Made by a program: the position numbers and the translations under genes. From Acutalibacteraceae bacterium (GTDB taxonomy: Bacteria; Bacillota; Clostridia; Oscillospirales; Acutalibacteraceae), in assembly GCA_045602345.1 (NCBI GenBank), contig JAZSBI010000012.1, forward strand, positions 17 to 64,016: a stretch of 64,000 nucleotides of DNA. Reading direction: 5' to 3'. The notes beneath the pieces are model-generated. The model saw only the letters and a list, made by a program, of their open reading frames with translations, was not told where the DNA came from and searched no databases. This document shows positions 1 to 8,274 of the stretch, piece by piece. Each line of letters starts with the position of its first letter. Positions within the stretch are counted from its first letter, which is position 1.

Positions 1-105
1 GGAAGAATAGGAATTGTTATTGGTGTATCGACAAATGAAGTATTAGTAGAATTTACTTCTGGTCCTAAATGGCTAAAATTATATGAAATAATTGAATTTG
101 ATTAG
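1..105 (+). CDS. 3' end of a small protein, paralog of CDS 1929..2075 (partial, runs off the window start)
   Basis: Frame-1 translation GRIGIVIGVSTNEVLVEFTSGPKWLKLYEIIEFD* matches the C-terminus of 1929..2075. nt 1-118 align without gaps to 1971-2088 at about 90% identity. Confidence 0.6.
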   Translation, partial: GRIGIVIGVSTNEVLVEFTSGPKWLKLYEIIEFD

Positions 106-118
106 GGAGATAAAAAAA

Positions 119-256
119 ATGAGCAATAAGTTCACAAAAGATGAGTTTGAGGACGTTGTAGAAGCTATCCTTGATACAAAGTTAGAAAATCATGAATGTG
201 CTGAATTGATAGCTGTAATAGCTGATAAGTATTTAGAGAAATCTAAAGAGGAGTAG
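119..256 (+). CDS. hypothetical small protein (45 aa)
   Basis: Hand translation MSNKFTKDEFEDVVEAILDTKLENHECAELIAVIADKYLEKSKEE*. The ATG follows the conserved junction TAGGGAGATAAAAAAAATG. It is below the 60-aa cutoff of the ORF track. Confidence 0.45.
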   Translation: MSNKFTKDEFEDVVEAILDTKLENHECAELIAVIADKYLEKSKEE

Positions 257-260
257 CTTT

Positions 261-452
261 ATGTTTGAGAAAGATAAAGTAGTTTTTACAGACAGAAAGG
301 AATTTGAAAAAGTCCTAGCAGAAAATAAAACCGATTTTATTATTTGTCAGAAAGGTAAAGGGCATTATCAGATTGTTGGCTATCACACAATTATGACAAG
401 CGAAGGCGACACAACTATTGTTTTGGAACTTGGAAAAAGAATGGAAGGCTAG
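261..452 (+). CDS. hypothetical protein
   Basis: ORF track. GAGGAG lies 7 nt upstream of the ATG. Confidence 0.6.
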   Translation: MFEKDKVVFTDRKEFEKVLAENKTDFIICQKGKGHYQIVGYHTIMTSEGDTTIVLELGKRMEG

Positions 453-454
453 AT

Positions 455-913
455 ATGTTTGAGGAAGAAAAAGAAATCACTGAAAAAGAAGAAAGAGTGA
501 TGTTTCATACACTTGGATATGATTATCAGCCAAGGTGGAATGACGATAAAGGCGGTTATCGAAATTGGTTCGGCATATATCCCAGCGAAGATAACGGAGA
601 TTATATTGCAATCAAATCTCTTGTTGAAAAAGGATTCATGCAGAAAGACGGAGTAATCGCTTGGAATGAAGAAGTATATTCTGTAACCAATAAAGGTAAC
701 GCTTATGTCGTAGATTTATGGTTCAAGAAAAAGAAAGAAAATAAACCTAACAGAAGCAAAAGACGTTACCAAGCATATCTTGATTGGTGTGATTGGAATG
801 ACGGAACTTTCAAAGATTTTCTTGATTGGTTGAAAATCACAGACGATGATAGGCTATTTTATCCAAAAGAAGTTGAAATCGTTGAAGAATATAAAAGAAG
901 GTGGAATATATAA
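455..913 (+). CDS. hypothetical protein
   Basis: ORF track. Tightly packed after the previous stop, with a GGAAGG SD-like sequence upstream. Confidence 0.65.
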   Translation: MFEEEKEITEKEERVMFHTLGYDYQPRWNDDKGGYRNWFGIYPSEDNGDYIAIKSLVEKGFMQKDGVIAWNEEVYSVTNKGNAYVVDLWFKKKKENKPNRSKRRYQAYLDWCDWNDGTFKDFLDWLKITDDDRLFYPKEVEIVEEYKRRWNI

Positions 914-914
914 C

Positions 915-1235
915 ATGGCAAGACCTTGTACAATCGAAGAAAGCTGCAATATGAAAGCAGCGGAAATAACAGAGAAATGGAATAAAGTGCAGGAAACTCA
1001 AAAAGCATTGTACGAAGAACATGACGGCATTGTGGACAGGATAAACTCTAATAAGATGCTTATTGAAAAGCTTCGGAAAGAAGAAGTTTGCAATGTTCTC
1101 AATTATGTAAGAAGCCGTTCGCGAAAGTTAAGCGCATCCAGAATAGATACGTTGCTTTGCCATTGCCAGAACATGCTTAACGGCAACATCGATAATATTG
1201 TGCTGACATTTTCAGAGGGAGACTTGGAAAAATGA
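915..1235 (+). CDS. hypothetical protein (start moved to the internal ATG)
   Basis: ATG 915 lies 2 nt after the stop of 455..913 and is in frame with track ORF 846..1235. The track start would overlap the upstream gene by 68 nt. Confidence 0.55.
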   Translation: MARPCTIEESCNMKAAEITEKWNKVQETQKALYEEHDGIVDRINSNKMLIEKLRKEEVCNVLNYVRSRSRKLSASRIDTLLCHCQNMLNGNIDNIVLTFSEGDLEK

Positions 1236-1822
1236 AAGAGATTGGAGCAGTTACAATAGGAAAATTGATTGAAGCACATTACGAGAAAGATGAACAAAAG
1301 TTCAAGGCTTATGCAGAGTTTATAGCCGAAGCCTATAAAGAAAGAGGTGAAGAAAGGGCTGAAAGAATCATCAGAAGTAAAATAGACGGAAGTTATAAGA
1401 ATAAATCTGTGGCAGTTACCTTAGACAATGAGAGAAAAGAAGAACTGAAAGAACGCTGTAATATCTTGGATAAAAGTCTAGTTACGTCTACAAAGAACAA
1501 TATTGAAAGACAAAAGATAATAGATGAGCTTAAAGAAGAAAAAGCAGAACTGAAACTGAAACTTGAAGCCTTAGAAGGACAGATACCGTGGAAAGATATT
1601 AAGGACAAGAGCGAAGTTATAGGAAAACTCACCAAAGCAAAAGAAATAATTGAAGAATTGTCAAAATCTTTATTCCTTGCAAAAGGAATAGTCGGAGATT
1701 TGATTGATGATACTGTGGATTTCAAAGAAAGTAAAAAACGGGCTACATATTGTTATGAACAAGAAAAGTTTGATACTTATAAAAAGGCAGAGCAATTCTT
1801 AAATAGCGAGGTTGAAAAATGA
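1232..1822 (+). CDS. coiled-coil protein, member 1 of the EQFLNSEVEK-terminated paralog family
   Basis: K/E-rich heptad-like sequence. Shares LTKAKEII and the C-terminal AEQFLNSEVEK* with 2659..3030 and 3027..3419. ATGA start/stop overlaps on both sides. Confidence 0.7.
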   Translation: MKEIGAVTIGKLIEAHYEKDEQKFKAYAEFIAEAYKERGEERAERIIRSKIDGSYKNKSVAVTLDNERKEELKERCNILDKSLVTSTKNNIERQKIIDELKEEKAELKLKLEALEGQIPWKDIKDKSEVIGKLTKAKEIIEELSKSLFLAKGIVGDLIDDTVDFKESKKRATYCYEQEKFDTYKKAEQFLNSEVEK

Positions 1823-1932
1823 ATTGTCCGAAATGCAACAAGCGAATGAAAAAACAGTTATGGGGATTTTGTTATTATTATGTTTGTGAATATTGCGGAC
1901 ATATAGTTCTTACAAGCGAGGTTGGGAAATGA
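1819..1932 (+). CDS. small zinc-ribbon protein (37 aa)
   Basis: Hand translation MNCPKCNKRMKKQLWGFCYYYVCEYCGHIVLTSEVGK*. Contains CPKC...CEYC. ATGA overlaps both neighbours. Below the track cutoff. Confidence 0.45.
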   Translation: MNCPKCNKRMKKQLWGFCYYYVCEYCGHIVLTSEVGK

Positions 1933-2075
1933 ATCACTATATATTGCGGACAGTAAAAGAAATAAGCACCGGAAGAATAGGAATTGTTATTGATGTATCG
2001 ACAAATGAAGTATTAGTAGAATTTCCTGCTAAATCTAAATGGCTAAAATTATATGAAATAATTGAACTTGATTAG
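1929..2075 (+). CDS. small protein (48 aa), paralog of partial CDS 1..105
   Basis: ATG 1929 sits in the conserved GAGGTTGGGAAATGA junction and is in frame with track ORF 1893..2075. Confidence 0.55.
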   Translation: MNHYILRTVKEISTGRIGIVIDVSTNEVLVEFPAKSKWLKLYEIIELD

Positions 2076-2136
2076 GGAGATAAAAGAAAATGACAGGGGA
2101 ACTTATGGCGAAATATGCGAAGGAGAAGGAATAATA

Positions 2137-2652
2137 ATGCCAGAATTAAACTTAACAGATAACAGCCAGTTTTTAGTTGGGATGCCTCTTTGGGGTGTTG
2201 CAAAAGGTGACACTGTACAGATTATTGTTGTTAAGCCACAAATACAAAATAAGAAATTCCTAAATGAGAAAAATAAGGATATATATAAGATTCCAAGAGG
2301 TCGTTATCTTGCAATAAAAGATTCAAACGGAAATCTTGTATGTGATGAACAGCCTTTGTTAAGTGGTGCTTACACTTTTCACGGAGGTAATAAATATCAT
2401 TGGACAGGCATTTATGCAGATAAACTTGATAGTGTAAGTTGGGGAAGTTATGCAAATTGGAAGAAAAAAAAGGAAGCAGATTCTAAGAAAATAAGTTGTA
2501 AGATTTGCGGAAAAAGATTTTTACCTTATGCAGATTTAATAGATAAGTGTCCAGACTGTTATGTACTTTATGAATGTATGATAAATAAAGATAATGAAAA
2601 TATGACTGTGGGTGAACTGAGAAATAAAATAAATGCTGTAATAGGGAGATAA
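2137..2652 (+). CDS. hypothetical protein with C-terminal zinc ribbon
   Basis: ATG 2137 is preceded by AGGAGAAGGA. The track start (TTG 2062) would overlap the upstream gene. Contains CKICG...CPDC. Confidence 0.6.
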   Translation: MPELNLTDNSQFLVGMPLWGVAKGDTVQIIVVKPQIQNKKFLNEKNKDIYKIPRGRYLAIKDSNGNLVCDEQPLLSGAYTFHGGNKYHWTGIYADKLDSVSWGSYANWKKKKEADSKKISCKICGKRFLPYADLIDKCPDCYVLYECMINKDNENMTVGELRNKINAVIGR

Positions 2653-2658
2653 AAGAAA

Positions 2659-3030
2659 ATGACAGATGAACAAATTACACAGAATGCTTCACAATATTGT
2701 GATATAATGAACGATAAAAATGAAGATATAAGACTAATTCGTTTTGCATCTTATACTGTTGGAGCAACTACGACAAAAGATATAATTGAAAAAGAAAATG
2801 CAGAACTGAAAAAGCAACAGTTTTCTTTAAGAAATGAACGAAATACTTTCCTTGCACAAAATGAACAGTATGAAAAAGATTTAATAGGCTTTAACGAAAA
2901 TCTCACCAAAGCAAAAGAACTTATTAAAAGGCTTATGCACGAATTAGTTGTAAGCAATAGACCTTATGATGAAGTCGAATTACTTGTGAAAGATGTTGAA
3001 CAATTCTTAAATAGCGAGGTGGAGAAATGA
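2659..3030 (+). CDS. coiled-coil protein, paralog family member 2
   Basis: Ends in VEQFLNSEVEK*. Contains LTKAKELIKRL. Preceded by the junction TAGGGAGATAAAAGAAAATG. Confidence 0.7.
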   Translation: MTDEQITQNASQYCDIMNDKNEDIRLIRFASYTVGATTTKDIIEKENAELKKQQFSLRNERNTFLAQNEQYEKDLIGFNENLTKAKELIKRLMHELVVSNRPYDEVELLVKDVEQFLNSEVEK

Positions 3031-3419
3031 CAACAAAAGAAGAACTTGAGAAAGAAGCAAAGACATATGCTGAAGAACACAAAATGGATATGATTGATTA
3101 TCATGACTCTTTATTTATGGAAGATGCTTATATTGCAAGTGCAGAGCCAAGAGAAAGACGAATTGAAGAGCTTGAAAAAGAAAATGCAGCATTGAAAGAA
3201 CAACTTGGCAACAAACAAATGCAGAGCCGAAAAGAAACTTCTGACTTTGTATGGAAACTGAAAACTGCTAATGAGCAGAAAACAGAACATCTCACCAAAG
3301 CAAAGAATATAATCATAAGATTGCTTGAGGCTTTAATTGTTATAGATGGCGAAGAAACTAGAGAATTGAAAGAAGTAAAAGAAGCAGAGCAGTTCTTAAA
3401 TAGCGAGGTAGAGAAATGA
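3027..3419 (+). CDS. coiled-coil protein, paralog family member 3
   Basis: Ends in AEQFLNSEVEK*. Contains LTKAKNIIIRL. ATGA coupling on both sides. Confidence 0.7.
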   Translation: MTTKEELEKEAKTYAEEHKMDMIDYHDSLFMEDAYIASAEPRERRIEELEKENAALKEQLGNKQMQSRKETSDFVWKLKTANEQKTEHLTKAKNIIIRLLEALIVIDGEETRELKEVKEAEQFLNSEVEK

Positions 3420-3889
3420 CAGATGAAGAAAAACTTGCAGGACTTAAAGCAATTAAAGAAATGATTATCAACAAGAAAGCTGTATACAAACAATTAGCAG
3501 AGGAATGTAGAAAACGTTGTAAAACAACATTTACACCTATTGCATATCATCAGTTTTATCATTTTCTTATGGCTTATAATGAAATGGAAGATCTTTTGGC
3601 TGAAATTGAAAACAGAGCACCGGTGTTGTTAGTTTCGTCAAAGCCGCCATTGATTACAAATATAACACTATCAATGCAGGTAAGGGCTAAAGATTGGCAA
3701 TTACTGAATGGTCAGATGCGTTCTGCAAATGAAGCGTTAAAAAACAAAATTGATGAAGCAATGAAAATTATTAATGATTTGTATGAAGACATTATTCATA
3801 TGTTTGGACATGACGCAAAATTAGCGCATCATAAAAAGATACTCGAAGACATGCACAATACAGAGGTTTTTATGGAGGAAAGAACATGA
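3416..3889 (+). CDS. hypothetical protein
   Basis: ORF track. ATGA overlap with neighbours. Confidence 0.65.
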   Translation: MTDEEKLAGLKAIKEMIINKKAVYKQLAEECRKRCKTTFTPIAYHQFYHFLMAYNEMEDLLAEIENRAPVLLVSSKPPLITNITLSMQVRAKDWQLLNGQMRSANEALKNKIDEAMKIINDLYEDIIHMFGHDAKLAHHKKILEDMHNTEVFMEERT

Positions 3890-4182
3890 GCTTTTTAATT
3901 TTTATTTTTGCATGTATGTTTTGCGGCCTTATGGGCCTGTTATGGGTTTTGCTCTTGGCGTGCTTTGCAAGACAGAAAAGCTTTGAATACTTTTCATCAA
4001 ATTCAAAGTGGCGAAATAATAAAACACAAAAGGGTTACACGGTTCTCTATCCACAGGCCATTGAATGCACTAATGGCCGCGAAGACATAGATTATACCGT
4101 GTATACAGACGGCGGCAAGGTTTTTGTACGAGAAACAAGCGAGTTTTATCAGAAATTCACAAGGGAGACCGGCGATGCGTGA
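3886..4182 (+). CDS. small membrane protein
   Basis: N-terminal hydrophobic stretch FLIFIFACMFCGLMGLLWVLLLACFA. Confidence 0.55.
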   Translation: MSFLIFIFACMFCGLMGLLWVLLLACFARQKSFEYFSSNSKWRNNKTQKGYTVLYPQAIECTNGREDIDYTVYTDGGKVFVRETSEFYQKFTRETGDA

Positions 4183-4405
4183 TTTTACACCAGAAGAAAA
4201 AGAGCTGATTATCAATACACCGATTGATGAATCATGTTTTGATTTACAGGTGTTAAAACCTAAAGAATCATTTCCCACTTATTTAAGATTTGCAGAGGCA
4301 GCAAGAAGGGCAAGTAAGAGAGAATATCTTGAGAAAAGCGGTGATAAATATTTTCGTATATTTGTAAGTATACTTTGCCCTGCATACAAGGTGGTGAAAT
4401 TATGA
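4175..4405 (+). CDS. hypothetical protein (start moved to ATG 4175)
   Basis: AAGGGAG SD lies 8 nt upstream of ATG 4175, which is in frame with track ORF 4124..4405. Confidence 0.5.
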   Translation: MRDFTPEEKELIINTPIDESCFDLQVLKPKESFPTYLRFAEAARRASKREYLEKSGDKYFRIFVSILCPAYKVVKL

Positions 4406-4632
4406 AATACAATGTAACTATTACAAACGATTTCGAAGGCTGTAAACTTAATATCAATTTGAAACCAGAAAATCTTTCTTGGCTCGTAAAGATTCCAGAG
4501 TTTGAAATTTCTTGTTATGGCGCAGATCAAAAAGAAGTTATGCAGACCGCAAAAGATAGTATTGATGTTTTGATTAAGGAATTCAAGAGCTTTAAGGCAG
4601 ATATAGAAAAAAATATAGAGGTGAAACTATGA
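4402..4632 (+). CDS. hypothetical protein (start moved to ATG 4402)
   Basis: AAGGTGGTG SD lies upstream. In frame with track ORF 4375..4632. Confidence 0.55.
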   Translation: MKYNVTITNDFEGCKLNINLKPENLSWLVKIPEFEISCYGADQKEVMQTAKDSIDVLIKEFKSFKADIEKNIEVKL

Positions 4633-5240
4633 AAACACGAAGCTTTAAGAAAGCCTTTAACAAGGCTGATAACTACTACACGCCGAAAATGCTTGTAAAG
4701 CCGCTGATTCCGTTTCTTGATAATTATTTCTGTATCTTTGCTAATGCAGTAGAGAGCGGCCGGGCGGCGCATACAATTTACTGCCCGTTTGACACTGAAA
4801 AATCGGAATATGTAATAACGCTTAAAGAGGCCGGTTATAATGTCATTTATGGCAGTATTGAAACCGGTCAGGATTTTTTTGAAAAACCAATTCCGAAAGA
4901 AGCGGATATAGTTGTCTCAAATCCGCCGTTTTCATTAAAGCTCGAAGTATTCCAAAAATGCGTATATGAAGAAAAGCCGTTTGCATTGCTTATGAATATG
5001 ATGGCTATAAATTATCAAGAGATAGGCTTTTTCTTTGCATCTTTACGGCCCGGAGATGTTCAATTTATCATTCCTGACAAGAAAGTGTCTTTCAACGGTA
5101 AAACATCCAGCTTTTGCAGCGGCTATGTCTGCTACAAATTTATTAAAAACACGGAATTCATTCATCTTGATCATAACAATACGGGCAAAAACTATAAACC
5201 GGCGGCCTATTATCAAGGTTGTATAGGAGAATCAGCATGA
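4629..5240 (+). CDS. putative N6-adenine DNA methyltransferase
   Basis: Catalytic-type motif IVVSNPPFS (NPPF), plus a YYTPKMLV N-terminal motif typical of small phage adenine methylases. No database check was possible. Confidence 0.55.
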   Translation: MKTRSFKKAFNKADNYYTPKMLVKPLIPFLDNYFCIFANAVESGRAAHTIYCPFDTEKSEYVITLKEAGYNVIYGSIETGQDFFEKPIPKEADIVVSNPPFSLKLEVFQKCVYEEKPFALLMNMMAINYQEIGFFFASLRPGDVQFIIPDKKVSFNGKTSSFCSGYVCYKFIKNTEFIHLDHNNTGKNYKPAAYYQGCIGESA

Positions 5241-5506
5241 AGAAATTGACGGAACTTTTTAAGAAAAACAGAAAAGAAGAACCAGAAAAGTATAAGAAAA
5301 TCAAAGGTGTGAAAATCGGCGTGCCGTCTTTGGGTAAAGCTGCTGACAGACTTAAAATCTTAGATAAATGTCTTAGATTGTTCGGCATGGCCATAGGTGC
5401 ATATAACATGACTATTAAGACAGAATCAACCGGAATAACCGGTATAAATCTGACAGTATATTTTTTAGACAAGCCGCTTAAAAAAAGTGATCCTTCGACA
5501 TTGTAG
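5237..5506 (+). CDS. hypothetical basic protein
   Basis: ATG 5237 overlaps the upstream stop (ATGA), with TAGGAG upstream. In frame with track ORF 5219..5506. Confidence 0.5.
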   Translation: MKKLTELFKKNRKEEPEKYKKIKGVKIGVPSLGKAADRLKILDKCLRLFGMAIGAYNMTIKTESTGITGINLTVYFLDKPLKKSDPSTL

Positions 5507-5512
5507 ACGAAA

Positions 5513-5538
5513 AGCAGGGCTTAAAACCCTGCTTTTTT
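5513..5538. terminator. hairpin terminator between convergent genes
   Basis: AGCAGGG-cttaaaa-CCCTGCT followed by TTTTTT, with an A-run on the 5' side. Confidence 0.65.
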
Positions 5539-5809
5539 ATTCTTTTACAGCCAAACGAACAATTTCTATTAATCGCCGTAAATGAGCATTTTCACTTTCA
5601 AGCGTTTCTTTTGTTTCACCTGTTATAAGCATTTCAAGAGAAACACCAAACAATTGAGCAATTCTATAGGCAGTTTCGACGTCCGGTAGAGCATCCTTAT
5701 AAATCCAGTTGGTTATTGTCGCCGCAGGAATTTCGAGACGTTCAGCAAGTTCTTTTTGCTGGACGTGATTATCTTTCATAAGTCTTTTAACATTATCCCA
5801 AAACATCAT
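5537..5809 (-). CDS. XRE/Cro-CI family HTH regulator (candidate phage repressor)
   Basis: Contains QKELAERLEIPAATITNWIYKDALPDVETAYRIAQLFGVSLEML, a classic HTH_3 pattern. It is the only minus-strand gene in the early region and is divergent from the rightward genes. Confidence 0.8.
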   Translation of the reverse strand: MMFWDNVKRLMKDNHVQQKELAERLEIPAATITNWIYKDALPDVETAYRIAQLFGVSLEMLITGETKETLESENAHLRRLIEIVRLAVKE

Positions 5810-5839
5810 AATTATATTTCGGCATTTTAATAAAAAAGG

Positions 5840-5868
5840 TTGAAAAAATCTATAAATAAAGATAAAAT
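5840..5868 (+). promoter_or_regulatory. candidate early rightward promoter
   Basis: TTGAAA-17 nt-TAAAAT in the divergent intergenic region. Confidence 0.45.
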
Positions 5869-5898
5869 ATATATATATTCTTCAAATAAATATTTTGT

Positions 5899-6075
5899 AT
5901 GTGCGTAAATAAAGAAGTGAGATTTAAGTGTAAATGCAATTCTCAACAGGTTTTTATAAGGACAGACGGGCAGTTTTTCTTTGTGCAATGTGAAGTATGC
6001 AAAACTCGAACAACAAACCAGCACAGCCCGGAAAAAGCAATTGAAGCATGGCAAAAAGGAAAGTTTCGTGCCTAA
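5899..6075 (+). CDS. small Cys-rich protein, Lar-like (restriction alleviation family) candidate
   Basis: Hand translation MCVNKEVRFKCKCNSQQVFIRTDGQFFFVQCEVCKTRTTNQHSPEKAIEAWQKGKFRA*. The CxC...CxxC plus EKAIEAWQ tail resembles the Lar family eeAieaWN signature. The start could instead be GTG 5917. Below the track cutoff. Confidence 0.4.
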   Translation: MCVNKEVRFKCKCNSQQVFIRTDGQFFFVQCEVCKTRTTNQHSPEKAIEAWQKGKFRA

Positions 6076-6862
6076 GATAACAGCATTTTTTCATGGTATT
6101 TTACAGAACGATAAAATAATTCTCAAAGCTACTGACAACAAAGATTTATATACAATTAAAAAAATATTCACATCAAAAGAGCAGCGTGAATTTAGAAGCA
6201 AAAAAGAAATTCTGCTTTTATGTTCTATCGATGCAAAATATCAGCACAGATCTGTAAGTCAAAGAAACGCAGTTTTTAAGCTGGTGTCTGTCATATTTGA
6301 AGCTGAAAACGGGCGAGCACCGACAGACGAAGAAAAGATGAAAACTTATTATAACCTGCTTGAGTTATACGCTGACAAAATACCAAACCCATATATGCCT
6401 TCTGTTTTACGTTCGGTTCATATTTCAGAAGCAAATACAGTTGAGGGAGCACGTTTTATCGACGGGCTTTTATATCATCTTGCAACGCTATGTAATTTTC
6501 ATATGGATTTGCAGGCTGATGTAAGAGAAGTTTTATATCAGTTTGAAATTTGGCGCGGCAAACAGGAAGAAGACATTTTTGAAAATATGGATTTGCAGCG
6601 CTGGAAAGAGCACGCTGTTTATTCAGAAGCATCGGGCCGGACAGACAATCTTGAGACCGCGCATATTGTTTCACGGGGTTCAGATGCAAGAGACGAAGAC
6701 AAAGCATGGAATGTTTTACGCCTGACTCAAGATGAACACAGATTCATGCACAATTACGGCTGGAAAGCTTTTGTTAAGAAATATCCGCATCTAAAAGGAC
6801 GTATTGAACGAGCATATGAAAGAGCAGAGAAATTAAACAAACTGGAGGGCTTTAATGAATGA
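6068..6862 (+). CDS. hypothetical protein with C-terminal HNH/DUF968-like His motif
   Basis: GTG 6068 has AGGA 7 nt upstream. The track start (TTG 5981) would overlap the Lar-like ORF. The C-terminus ETAHIVSRGSDARDEDKAWNVLRLTQDEHRFMHNYG resembles beta-beta-alpha-Me nucleases. Confidence 0.4.
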   Translation: MPKITAFFHGILQNDKIILKATDNKDLYTIKKIFTSKEQREFRSKKEILLLCSIDAKYQHRSVSQRNAVFKLVSVIFEAENGRAPTDEEKMKTYYNLLELYADKIPNPYMPSVLRSVHISEANTVEGARFIDGLLYHLATLCNFHMDLQADVREVLYQFEIWRGKQEEDIFENMDLQRWKEHAVYSEASGRTDNLETAHIVSRGSDARDEDKAWNVLRLTQDEHRFMHNYGWKAFVKKYPHLKGRIERAYERAEKLNKLEGFNE

Positions 6863-7307
6863 TACAAACAGTGTACTTCTAATCGGAAGATTAACGAGGG
6901 ATTCAGAAGTTCGATACACAAGAAACGGTTCAGCTGTAAGCAGTTTTTCTATTGCCGTAAACAGGCGGAGAAAAAGCGGCGAACAGTGGATTGATGAAGT
7001 AAGTTATTTTGAAATTAATCTTTACGGAAAGGCCGCCGAAAACTTGAGTCAATATCTGATTAAGGGCAGGCAGATTTGCGTAAACGGTGAACTAAGACAA
7101 GACCGCTGGACGGATGGCGAAGGCAGAGCTAAAAGTAAAGTTGTTATTGTAGCAGATTCAATACAGTTACTTGCTTCACCTTCTGATTCTCAACAAGGGC
7201 CGAAAGAACAAAATCAGCGTGATTATAAATCACAGTCAAAGAAAGAATTCTTTCAATCATCATATGAAGACGAACAGCCGGATTTAATGGAGGGCGGTGT
7301 TTTTTAA
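6855..7307 (+). CDS. ssb: single-stranded DNA-binding protein
   Basis: The OB-fold signature VLLIGRLTRDSEVRYTRNGSAVSSFSIAVNRR...YFEINLYGKAAENLSQYLIKGRQICVNGELRQDRW is followed by a Q/S/E-rich acidic tail. Confidence 0.9.
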   Translation: MNDTNSVLLIGRLTRDSEVRYTRNGSAVSSFSIAVNRRRKSGEQWIDEVSYFEINLYGKAAENLSQYLIKGRQICVNGELRQDRWTDGEGRAKSKVVIVADSIQLLASPSDSQQGPKEQNQRDYKSQSKKEFFQSSYEDEQPDLMEGGVF

Positions 7308-7798
7308 TGCTTGTTGCTATAAACGATAAAGAAAAACAATTTCTTCTTAAAATCCTGCAGGATGCAAAAGCTGATACAAACGCAGAAAAGAAAATGCTTG
7401 CTGCATTGATTAACAGGGTGACAAAGACGGGCAGAATAAAGCCGCGGAGTGCAAAACAAAAAGGGCTTGACTGGCAGAAAGAAGTTTGCGCGCTGGTAAG
7501 TGATATTACCGGCATAGAATACAATCAGCAGGATGATACTTGCGAGATACATTCAAGAGAATCGGGCCTAAACGGTACTGATGTAATTTTAAGAGGGAAA
7601 GCAAAAGAAAAGTTCCCTTATTCAATTGAGTGTAAAAATTGTAAGTCTATATCTTTGCCTGAATGGGTAAGACAGGCAGAAAGAAACTGTGATGCGCTGG
7701 ACAATTGGCTTTTGTTCATTAAAAGCCCTGTATTGCCCTGTAAAAAGGTTGTAGTGCTTGCTTTTTCAAAATTTAGGGAAATAATGGGAGGACAATAA
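7307..7798 (+). CDS. PD-(D/E)XK-type nuclease, Holliday-junction-resolvase-like
   Basis: Contains GTDVILRG...(14 aa)...SIECKN, a D...ExK arrangement. Located next to ssb. Confidence 0.45.
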   Translation: MLVAINDKEKQFLLKILQDAKADTNAEKKMLAALINRVTKTGRIKPRSAKQKGLDWQKEVCALVSDITGIEYNQQDDTCEIHSRESGLNGTDVILRGKAKEKFPYSIECKNCKSISLPEWVRQAERNCDALDNWLLFIKSPVLPCKKVVVLAFSKFREIMGGQ

Positions 7799-7802
7799 AA
7801 AG

Positions 7803-8099
7803 ATGGATTCTAGGGATTTTATCGCGGTAAAAGCAGAGATTCAGAAACAGAAAGCTTTGAAGTTTACGGGCATGATTAAAATTGGCGTAGACATGAACAG
7901 GTTCACACAACTTGGAATAAGCAATAATTATCAGGGTGTCTATGAAAAGTGTAACCAGCAGGATGTAGAAAAGGCCCTTGAGAACGTAAATTCTGGAAGC
8001 TTTATTATTGAATTCCAAAAGGGTGTTATCACAGCATATTCTTATGCACTGACATATAAAGCAGCCACTTTGACAAAAAGGATTCAAGAGAATGTATAA
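7803..8099 (+). CDS. hypothetical protein
   Basis: ORF track only. Confidence 0.55.
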   Translation: MDSRDFIAVKAEIQKQKALKFTGMIKIGVDMNRFTQLGISNNYQGVYEKCNQQDVEKALENVNSGSFIIEFQKGVITAYSYALTYKAATLTKRIQENV

Positions 8100-8274
8100 G
8101 TGCCGGAAATGTGGGGCAGAAATCAAATACATTACATCAGTAACCGGAACAAAACTATTCACGGTCGATGCAGAAAAGAAGCATTTTATTACGCCTTTTG
8201 GGCGCGAAGGTGACGGGTATACGCTGCATGTATGCGAGGTAAAAACAACGGATGATAAAGGAAAAACAGACTGA
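8092..8274 (+). CDS. small zinc-ribbon-like protein
   Basis: Starts MYKCRKCGAEI, with a later HVCE. Confidence 0.45.
   Translation: MYKCRKCGAEIKYITSVTGTKLFTVDAEKKHFITPFGREGDGYTLHVCEVKTTDDKGKTD

Noticed and set aside
2090-2134. A 14-codon ORF (MTGELMAKYAKEKE*) starting at the conserved type-2 junction ATG.
   Set aside because: It is too short to support as a gene. It is probably a remnant or an upstream mini-ORF of the junction cassette, and it is mentioned only in the context of the junction repeats.
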